A stretch of DNA of 64,000 nucleotides, taken from the IMG/VR virus record IMGVR_UViG_3300028393_000045. One strand, given 5' to 3'. Positions within the stretch are counted from its first letter, which is position 1. Every line of letters begins with the position of its first letter. Position numbers and translations under genes: made by a program. Of this stretch, positions 56,720-64,000 are shown one piece after another. The notes beneath the pieces are model-generated. The model did no database searches. It worked only from the letters and a program-made list of their open reading frames with translations, and was not told the DNA's origin. This stretch comes from an uncultured virus (IMG/VR IMGVR_UViG_3300028393_000045). Lineage: Duplodnaviria > Heunggongvirae > Uroviricota > Caudoviricetes.

Positions 56720-57898
56720 TTAATATTTTGTTTCGTGTGTGTGTTTCCGATAGTCTGTGCTCATACGCAGCCATTTCTCGCCTGTACCTTGCAAGATATC
56801 AACCACGCGATCAATGGTACCATCATTCCAGTCACTGATCTCGCCTTGGCGTTCGTGTGCATAACCCAGTAGATCTTCCAGCTTGGTCAATGCATCATCG
56901 ATGCTCCAAGGGATATAAAGTCTTGTAGGATCGTTAGCAAAGGTTTCGGGGAAACTGCGATAAGCAGGGTAAAGTACATTACAACCAAGAGTGTCCGCTT
57001 CTGATACAGTGTTTGAGACCCAATCTTGTAAAGCGCAATTAAAAAGCACACGAGTATCATTAAGGAGAGCATAGTAGTCGTTCTTTTCCAAGTCCTCATA
57101 GATTGTCAGCAGGCCACGTGCTGCAAGATTGTGTGTACGAGCCATGTAGCTGTCGTTGTTGCTCTTTAGTTTTGCACCACTGAAGATACAGAACTCTACT
57201 GGATGTGCCGGAAAACGTGCATGCCAGGCTTCGATAAGATCCATGTAAAAGTCTGGTTGCTTTTCTTGATCCCAACGTGCAGCAAAGCCCACACGCATGG
57301 TGCGATCACCAAAGTCCTTTAGTTCGCCAGGCACACGGCTACGTACTTCTGCCTTGCCAAATGCCAAGCCTGAAATATTGTAGATAGGACTTTTCCAGCC
57401 TGCAACCTTCATGTGCATTACCATTTCTTCATTGGTGGCCAGTACTCCGTCGACAAAGCTGTCCACCATTTTTTCATAGTGTCCCATGAAATCTTGCATA
57501 CCCCATACATGAACAAAATCGTCAGGATCAATGGACTGAGCAAGACAGCGAACATAAATCCTAGGCCGGTGACTGTTATCGATCTGTTTAAGAATATACG
57601 GGAGGCTTTCGATTCCAGGCTGAAACATGTCTTCAAAGTAAATAACATCTTCATTGTTGAGTTCTCCTGCCTTCATCATTCTAATTAGATTCATCAACTG
57701 GCTCATACCAAAGTATGTGCGGCCGTGTGCATCCAGTACTTGTCCAGTTACAATGGCTTGATCGTTGCTGAGTGTTTCGCCGGGTACTATAACATAGTCA
57801 ATGCCGCGTTGTTCAAAAACAGCACGATTCCACTCTTGCAGTTGTAGAGTGTATCTGGCCTTGTAAGGTTCAAGACCCATGTAATAAAGTTTACGCAT
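56720..57898 (-). CDS. GT-B fold glycosyltransferase
   Basis: RWDQEKQP, QDWVSNTVSEA..LGC..L.P..RSFPE (GT4-like C-terminal motif); start reassigned to MRKLYY. Confidence 0.75.
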   Translation of the reverse strand: MRKLYYMGLEPYKARYTLQLQEWNRAVFEQRGIDYVIVPGETLSNDQAIVTGQVLDAHGRTYFGMSQLMNLIRMMKAGELNNEDVIYFEDMFQPGIESLPYILKQIDNSHRPRIYVRCLAQSIDPDDFVHVWGMQDFMGHYEKMVDSFVDGVLATNEEMVMHMKVAGWKSPIYNISGLAFGKAEVRSRVPGELKDFGDRTMRVGFAARWDQEKQPDFYMDLIEAWHARFPAHPVEFCIFSGAKLKSNNDSYMARTHNLAARGLLTIYEDLEKNDYYALLNDTRVLFNCALQDWVSNTVSEADTLGCNVLYPAYRSFPETFANDPTRLYIPWSIDDALTKLEDLLGYAHERQGEISDWNDGTIDRVVDILQGTGEKWLRMSTDYRKHTHETKY

Positions 57899-57909
57899 GA
57901 TATTCCTTA

Positions 57910-58152
57910 TTAACGAGCATCGTTTCCATAACGACGTCCTTGACGTATCATCCATCCCCAGTTGTCACGAGGCCAGCGTCCATTCTGGAAACGTATATAG
58001 TCTCCAAATGGGCTATACTCATTGCCCAGATGGGCTTCGTTAAACGGAAAACCATAATCCGCACAAAATTTGCAATACTTATCGAGGTCGTCAAAAATAC
58101 GACTCACTTCTGGTTTCATGACAAAATATTTTTTAAGTTGATGATTAGACAT
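57910..58152 (-). CDS. Hypothetical protein
   Basis: Likely start MSNHQ with SD AAGGA. Confidence 0.6.
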   Translation of the reverse strand: MSNHQLKKYFVMKPEVSRIFDDLDKYCKFCADYGFPFNEAHLGNEYSPFGDYIRFQNGRWPRDNWGWMIRQGRRYGNDAR

Positions 58153-58172
58153 AATATAATCCTTTAATAAAG

Positions 58173-58622
58173 TTAAACAGAAATTTGTTTGGCACTGTAG
58201 CGATGGTAAAAAATATTGCAACCGTTCTCTCCATCTTCGGAGACTTCGATTTCTATATCTCTATCTGGGTATCGAGTAGCAATAACTTGATATAGTTCAT
58301 CACTAATCATTTCGCAGCTTTTATGATCTAGTTGTAGTGAATCTTTGTACAAGTTTTCAATCCAACGTTTAAATTGAATAAATTCAATATCACGATCGGC
58401 ATGAAATACTTGGATAGAAACTTTAAAGTGAAATATATGACGATGCGGAAATCCTAGGAAACTCACATCATATTCATCACCGGTTGCCAGTGCTGGATCG
58501 GTTGCTGCTGCTGGATACATATGGATACCTTCTTTACGGAAGGTGATCCAAATTAATCTCTTTGCTCGGTCGGCAATACGATTTCTTTTTTCTGCTAGTG
58601 CAGTTTCGGTTTGTGTAAACAT
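58173..58622 (-). CDS. QueD-like T-fold protein, DpdL-type (putative CDG decarboxylase)
   Basis: LGFPHRHIF (LxxxHRHxF), RDIEF, SCEM, V.EDGENG. Confidence 0.7.
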   Translation of the reverse strand: MFTQTETALAEKRNRIADRAKRLIWITFRKEGIHMYPAAATDPALATGDEYDVSFLGFPHRHIFHFKVSIQVFHADRDIEFIQFKRWIENLYKDSLQLDHKSCEMISDELYQVIATRYPDRDIEIEVSEDGENGCNIFYHRYSAKQISV

Positions 58623-58654
58623 CTTTATTAAATAAAGTTAGTTGATAGATATGC

Positions 58655-58683
58655 AGTATACACTGCGGCGACAACAAAGTCAA
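58655..58683 (-). promoter_or_regulatory. Sigma70-like promoter
   Basis: TTGACT-17-TATACT on -. Confidence 0.6.
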
Positions 58684-58693
58684 TGACTTTGAA

Positions 58694-59200
58694 TTATAAT
58701 ACAGAGTCTTTGGTGTATTCCCGCCAGCTGGTAAAGTTGGCAGGGTTGGTTAAGGCGTGTAGGCTATGGCACCATACGCCGGGATTGGTGGCATCAAAAT
58801 CTTTGTCATCAATTTTGACAGTGGCATTATATCCCAGCTGTTGCAAGTAGGGTATTTTGACTGATATCACAGGGATAAAGTTGTGGTACTCAGTAAGGCC
58901 GCACTCTAGTAGGCCTTCTACAGATCGAACATCGATATCCAATGAGCACAGGTAACCTGCTCTCAGGAACGGCGTAATCATATCTTGCCACTGGTCCCAA
59001 GTGTTAGCATCGTTAACATCAGGATTGGGAAAACTCATGTTAGCACCAAAGTAGATATGCTCGCATCCGTTGATGTGTTGGGCAATATCATCTTCGGGTT
59101 GTACTCCGACTACAAACAGGGTTTTCTTACCGTATGCAGGTGTGCGCTCAATTTCAATGCCGTAGAAGAAACTTACTTCTTCGTGACCTTCTCTAATCAT
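58694..59200 (-). CDS. Hypothetical protein coupled to the TGT-like gene
   Basis: ATGA overlap with the TGT-like stop; HIYFGAN, KIDD.DF.ATNPGVW. Confidence 0.7.
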   Translation of the reverse strand: MIREGHEEVSFFYGIEIERTPAYGKKTLFVVGVQPEDDIAQHINGCEHIYFGANMSFPNPDVNDANTWDQWQDMITPFLRAGYLCSLDIDVRSVEGLLECGLTEYHNFIPVISVKIPYLQQLGYNATVKIDDKDFDATNPGVWCHSLHALTNPANFTSWREYTKDSVL

Positions 59201-60828
59201 GATATTTCCTTTTCTTCAAACAAATCATTAAACTTTGTGCGACCGTTAAGGGCCTTCTTGCCAATGAATCCGCGACCACCAATAATATCCATCCAATAGT
59301 TACGGTAGTGTTCTATGATAGCCTCTGATTCTTCTTTGACATCTGTAGCAAAGATAGCATCTACTATGTCTTTGAACATTTCATAATCGCCATTGTTTTT
59401 ACGCATCATACCAGGATACTCGCCTGCATCGTATGTTCTATTAGCACGTTGTACAGCCTCAATGTGGGTCCATACATTATGTCCCATCAATAATGCATAA
59501 CTAAAACTATCCCAGCTAGTTTTACCTTCTTTGCCATTCTTATTTACATCACCCGGCTTGTAATAGCAAATGTCTTTCATTTTAAGCAGACTGCTAATGG
59601 GACTTTCGTCAAAGTGGCTAACCCACTTTTCTTGTACAGCAGTAACACCATATGGGCGCATATCAGTTGCATACTTCTTATCATCTACAATAGGGCTCAT
59701 ACGATAACACCATTTACCTTCGTGCGGCAAATCAATCTCATGATATACTTGTCCATTGGCAGTAGCTAAGAATGGGCTGGCGCAATCAAAGCTGATAGTA
59801 AAGGCTGGATTGACGTACTTTCTGACAGCTCTTTGTATGTCAGTTAACAATACTGCCCACTCTAATTTGCTAGTACCCAAGAAGTGCATCCAATCATGTA
59901 CACCTTCTTGCAGCAAGTTGTCGTGGCGTAATGCTACTAATCTTTTTAGTATAAGATGCACATCACACATATTCTGTCCGCCCATTGCCCAACCATCAAA
60001 GTGTTTATCTGGATAGACTGTAGGATCACAAAATACTTTCATAGCCTGATACCAATCCTCGGCACTGGTATGATTATCACCTTGCAATACATTTAAGTAT
60101 TTTGCACCACCGTTGTTCTTGCCACGGCGATGACGCATAAAGTATTCGTTATTGTATTTTGTTGCTGCAACCGCCTCTGGCAAGGTAGTAATACCGCAGG
60201 CATTGCTGGCTTTCTTGTCATGAATAACCCAAGTTGGAATATCTAAGATCATTCCATAGTCAGAAATACTATCTAACCAAGTAAGCACACCGCCGCGTTT
60301 CTTTTGTGCTGCATCAATTTTATCTTGATACAGTTTGGCGTGATTAATGTTAACAGTCTTTGGTACACCTTTTTTCATTACAGGATTGCCAGCTTTGTCT
60401 AGTACAGGCCGAGCTTCGATACCCAATGCCTGCATAGCTGCCATTTTCTGTGTAACTTCTGGGCCATTAGGGTCACGCCATTCGCCTTCCCACAAGCCCT
60501 TGGCAATCTGAAATCCGCCCGAATCACCTAACATAAAAGTGCCAGGCTTGCGATTACGAACCATGTCCTCACTGGCGTCTGGTTTATTCAGATCTAAGTT
60601 GGCATGCCCTGCACTATAAAGACTCCAGCGATAAGGAAACAGACCTTTTTGATCATCTAACCAATTCATCTGCTCCATGTCTGTTAAGCCTTGAGGAAAA
60701 CGTGCAGGATCTACGTAGTCGTTATTAACACGTTGTTTCCCCACAAAAGTAGCATAGAATCCCGATATAGCTGGTAAGAATACAGCGTAGTCGTTTTGTT
60801 TAGCGGTTAAATTATCCTGCGACATCAT
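59197..60828 (-). CDS. tRNA-guanine transglycosylase-like protein (DpdA family)
   Basis: GDSGGFQ, LDIP, VLQG, GWAMGG, HFLG, SFD.ASP TGT motifs; deazaguanine cluster. Confidence 0.8.
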   Translation of the reverse strand: MMSQDNLTAKQNDYAVFLPAISGFYATFVGKQRVNNDYVDPARFPQGLTDMEQMNWLDDQKGLFPYRWSLYSAGHANLDLNKPDASEDMVRNRKPGTFMLGDSGGFQIAKGLWEGEWRDPNGPEVTQKMAAMQALGIEARPVLDKAGNPVMKKGVPKTVNINHAKLYQDKIDAAQKKRGGVLTWLDSISDYGMILDIPTWVIHDKKASNACGITTLPEAVAATKYNNEYFMRHRRGKNNGGAKYLNVLQGDNHTSAEDWYQAMKVFCDPTVYPDKHFDGWAMGGQNMCDVHLILKRLVALRHDNLLQEGVHDWMHFLGTSKLEWAVLLTDIQRAVRKYVNPAFTISFDCASPFLATANGQVYHEIDLPHEGKWCYRMSPIVDDKKYATDMRPYGVTAVQEKWVSHFDESPISSLLKMKDICYYKPGDVNKNGKEGKTSWDSFSYALLMGHNVWTHIEAVQRANRTYDAGEYPGMMRKNNGDYEMFKDIVDAIFATDVKEESEAIIEHYRNYWMDIIGGRGFIGKKALNGRTKFNDLFEEKEIS

Positions 60829-61177
60829 AATCTCTTGTTAATGCCAATAGTAAATCTAATTTACTTTTAGCTTGTTCCACTTCTTCGATGGCACCTACTA
60901 GCTGTGGATACTGATCTTTAAGCAATTCTATATCACGTTCTTGCTGCATCTTGTACTGGGCCCAGTCTATGGCCTCTTGTGCTTGATTGCTGAGTCCCAC
61001 GGTAGCATAGCTGGTGTTCATGACAATCCAATTTGCGCCATTAAACACCTCCATGTTTGTACCGTTAATACGAAGCATACCTTGTGCGGGATTACTTGAA
61101 TTGGTACTAATATAAGGCACAGAGGTATCGCCCCCTGTAACTATTACATGCCGCTCGCCCATGAGACCTTTTATCAT
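60812..61177 (-). CDS. Hypothetical protein
   Basis: Overlap-coupled ORF. Confidence 0.65.
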   Translation of the reverse strand: MIKGLMGERHVIVTGGDTSVPYISTNSSNPAQGMLRINGTNMEVFNGANWIVMNTSYATVGLSNQAQEAIDWAQYKMQQERDIELLKDQYPQLVGAIEEVEQAKSKLDLLLALTRDYDVAG

Positions 61178-61905
61178 TTTGTCATTGCAGGTATGGTGTA
61201 ATTATAAACAGCAATGCCAGAATCAACTGTGATCTGTGCTGCACCTTCATCGCTAAAACGCATAGTTTTATCGCCCGGCAAACCTAAAATGTTTTTAACA
61301 ACATTAACAGGCCATGGCCAACCTCTTGTTAAATTGCCTGAGATATTAGTTTCAAATACAAAGCTACCTGCATGGGTACTGTTGTCACCAAAATAGAATT
61401 TAAGATCCTTACCTTCTACTTTAGCAATGAATGTTGTTTCTTCGCTATTAGCCTGGCTTTGAAATACAAATCGTTGTATACCTAGCACAGTAGGAGCAAC
61501 ATCGACACCCCATTTAACATCTTTAAATTTCATTGTTTTGATCTTGTCGTTAACAATAGATGCACCCATAAAGCGATAGTCGTTTTTAAAGTCTCCTACT
61601 TTATTTTCAAAGTGGATGCCAGATGGTACTGCGGCACCATTAACAGTTTGTCTGCTAATACTAATTTGTGCATCTTCCTTGTATTCAGGAATATTTAAAA
61701 TAGTGTTTAGTTTGCCCAAGTTAGGCATTCCAAACTGTCCAATGAACTCTGCCACTGGACCATGAAAGGTAGCATCAAGAATAACACTTTTGTCTTCTGC
61801 AATAGCGTTAACAAGAGTTTCTTCTTCTGTACCTGTAATTTTAATTAAGTCAATCACACCCAGGTTGTGTGTGTGCTTGACCATATCTAATAGTGCGTCT
61901 TTCAT
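61174..61905 (-). CDS. Putative sliding clamp (gp45-like)
   Basis: 243 aa, beta-rich clamp-like pattern, directly downstream of the DNA polymerase. Confidence 0.6.
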   Translation of the reverse strand: MKDALLDMVKHTHNLGVIDLIKITGTEEETLVNAIAEDKSVILDATFHGPVAEFIGQFGMPNLGKLNTILNIPEYKEDAQISISRQTVNGAAVPSGIHFENKVGDFKNDYRFMGASIVNDKIKTMKFKDVKWGVDVAPTVLGIQRFVFQSQANSEETTFIAKVEGKDLKFYFGDNSTHAGSFVFETNISGNLTRGWPWPVNVVKNILGLPGDKTMRFSDEGAAQITVDSGIAVYNYTIPAMTK

Positions 61906-61971
61906 AGTGGTTCCTTATAATAGTTGATATAATACATGATATATTTAGATTTTGCAAACGTTTCGATGAAA

Positions 61972-64000
61972 TTATTCAAACGTGAATAATTGATCAAATG
62001 TAGTTTTTGTTCCGGTATTGTCTCTAATGTCCCAATCCAGAACTCCTAATAAGTTATCAACCTTTTGGTCAACAATAGTTGCTTCCATTAGGTCGTTATC
62101 AAATGGTAAGTCTTTAAACCATTGTGGTATGTGAGTTTCGTCAGTTGGATAGCCAACAGATGTAAATCCTAATGGATTTGCTTTTAGTTTACAAACAATA
62201 GTTTTCATTCCGTCGATTATGCTCATACTGCGATTGTCGCTATTCATACGCCTCAACGAATTCCAATTGATTGCTGCACGTACATGCCCTGGCATATTAG
62301 ATCTACCTTTACGTTCCTCAAGTTCGGCAAACTTAGTTAAGTTGTTTACACGTTTAGGTGTACCTTTTTCCCAAGCCGGCCGCTCTTGAAAACTCAATTT
62401 AAAAGTTAACACACGTTGGTAGATTTCTTTCTTCTCGGCACCTGTTAGTACTGCTAATAATAGTTCACTTAAAAAGTCTTGTACAACCTTAGGAGTATCA
62501 CTACGCTTTAAGTCCAACCCCATTGCCTTTACCTTGCCTAACTTACCATTGACATTCTGTTTGTTTCCTTCAAGGTCGACAATAAGAACTGCATAGCGTT
62601 TCTTTTTAATAAACAACCCTTTACTAGCTACTAGCTCTCGGCCGCCAACAATAATACTGCCCATTTCTCTTGGACAATGGAATGCTCTTTCCATGAACCC
62701 CGGGAAACTGGTATTAACTTGATCGGCGATGTTATCGTACAGTTCGATGCACATTTCTTCAGTCCACTTCATATTACCAGCAGCAACGTCATCCTTGATA
62801 ACTGGCCACGCTGAGAAATAAACTGAGTCTGTGTCACCGTAAATAATAGAGTCACCTGTATGATCGTACTTGCCTGTTATGCATTCATTGGTATGTGCAT
62901 CCATATGTCTAGCAATAACACGCCCAGTTAAGGTAGTCGATTGGCCAATTCGCTTATCAAAAAACCTACAGCCAGGATTAAGAATAGCGCCGTACAAGCT
63001 GTTGAGATTAATCTTTTTAACCAGCTGACGTTTGTCCCAGAATGCTTTATCTTCATTTGTTTTAGCTTCCTTCTTCTTAGCCTGAAGTTCTTTACGCTCT
63101 GCATACCAACGTTCCAGTAATCCGGGCACAATACCTTTAGCATCGTACTTAAAGATAGTACCATTGGCACTAAGTATCCAAGGTTGATTGCCTTCGAATA
63201 CTAAACGCCAAACATCAGCGGCAGACATAGTATCATTACCGCCGCCCTCCCAGTCAATGGTTATGTCTGTGCCAGGCTCCATATTCATTACACTGGTATA
63301 TTCTAAGCTACCAAACAAGTTTTCCCAGGCGTCTGCAAAACTTGAACCTGCATCCATTTTTTCTTTTATGTATTGATCGGTCCTTGTTTGTCTGAGCTGT
63401 CCGACAATAGTCTCACATGCCATGTTGAGGGCACGAATAGCCGAGGGATAGAGCGAGTTGATGTCGATTGCTCCAATCCATTCGTGCATACCCTTTTTGG
63501 GGTAAGCAACGTAGGCACCTGCTGCTTGCGTTTCACCTTGTTCATCTTGATTACTCCTATTTTGAACTATTAAACCTTGACGATGTGATTCATTAATAAT
63601 GGCTTGTTCGGTAACAGCCACAGCCCCCATAGTAGTAGGAAGCAATACAGTATTGTCGTGTGCCAATTCGTTGGCAAGATCAATAAAGCGAAGTTTCTTA
63701 TCCAACTTGGCCAACAACATGGTGTCTTGCCTGTTGTAGTCAATAAATTTAGGAAAATCTTTATTGTATAATTGATCCAATGTACCTTCGTACTGGAGTT
63801 TGCGTTCTTCAAGTTCGTACTCGCCGATAGCATCTAAGCTGTAGCTATGACGTTCTTCATATGTGTATTTGCGATACAGTTGCATATAGTCCATATGCAC
63901 ACGACCAATCAAGTCGAATGTGATGTTTTCAGCACCAAAACGTTCAAAGGTTCTCTTTTTAGGAAATTGATTCCATAAGCAATAACGACGGGTATCGTCT
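61972..64000 (-). CDS. Family B DNA polymerase (5' part outside the window)
   Basis: DINSLYPS, K..LNSLYG, YGDTDS, KKRY; frame open to 64000. Confidence 0.95.
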   Translation of the reverse strand, partial: DDTRRYCLWNQFPKKRTFERFGAENITFDLIGRVHMDYMQLYRKYTYEERHSYSLDAIGEYELEERKLQYEGTLDQLYNKDFPKFIDYNRQDTMLLAKLDKKLRFIDLANELAHDNTVLLPTTMGAVAVTEQAIINESHRQGLIVQNRSNQDEQGETQAAGAYVAYPKKGMHEWIGAIDINSLYPSAIRALNMACETIVGQLRQTRTDQYIKEKMDAGSSFADAWENLFGSLEYTSVMNMEPGTDITIDWEGGGNDTMSAADVWRLVFEGNQPWILSANGTIFKYDAKGIVPGLLERWYAERKELQAKKKEAKTNEDKAFWDKRQLVKKINLNSLYGAILNPGCRFFDKRIGQSTTLTGRVIARHMDAHTNECITGKYDHTGDSIIYGDTDSVYFSAWPVIKDDVAAGNMKWTEEMCIELYDNIADQVNTSFPGFMERAFHCPREMGSIIVGGRELVASKGLFIKKKRYAVLIVDLEGNKQNVNGKLGKVKAMGLDLKRSDTPKVVQDFLSELLLAVLTGAEKKEIYQRVLTFKLSFQERPAWEKGTPKRVNNLTKFAELEERKGRSNMPGHVRAAINWNSLRRMNSDNRSMSIIDGMKTIVCKLKANPLGFTSVGYPTDETHIPQWFKDLPFDNDLMEATIVDQKVDNLLGVLDWDIRDNTGTKTTFDQLFTFE

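Noticed and set aside
59197..60828. Ordinary tRNA Tgt for queuosine
   Set aside because: Divergent, enlarged protein next to the DNA polymerase, with no queC/queF/queA or tRNAs in view; a DNA-level role is preferred but not proven
1..64000. Stop-codon reassignment
   Set aside because: Genes up to 11 kb are intact under code 11 with high coding density

Overview
This window comes from a large, AT-rich T4-like (jumbo-type) myophage genome using the standard genetic code. I saw no tRNA, CRISPR array or mobile element. The left end (1-6.2 kb) holds a gp26/gp51-like pair apparently joined by a -1 frameshift, a ~440-nt highly structured non-coding region, a Holliday-junction-resolvase-like nuclease, gp46/gp47 and a gp55-type late sigma factor that probably starts at AUU. 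The + strand block (6.2-40.5 kb) is the baseplate/tail-fibre module: gp53, gp27, gp5, gp25 and gp6 homologues, a 3701-aa structural protein, an S74 tail fibre, two Ig-repeat proteins and a Hint-domain protein. The - strand block (40.5-64 kb) carries ThyX, a MoxR/VWA pair, small early genes, a phasin-like cluster, a 5'-3' exonuclease and a 7-deazaguanine cluster next to the sliding clamp and family B DNA polymerase. That cluster has QueE, QueD, FolE, a TGT/DpdA-like protein, a DpdL-like T-fold protein, a glycosyltransferase, GalE, a PRTase and MazG, but no QueC/QueF in view. The best candidates for undescribed biology are (1) a possibly glycosylated or pre-replicative deazaguanine DNA-modification pathway, (2) riboswitch-like pseudoknot leaders in front of queD and folE, and (3) the large pseudoknotted ncRNA at ~1280-1720. 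All family assignments come from motif recognition by eye, not database searches.
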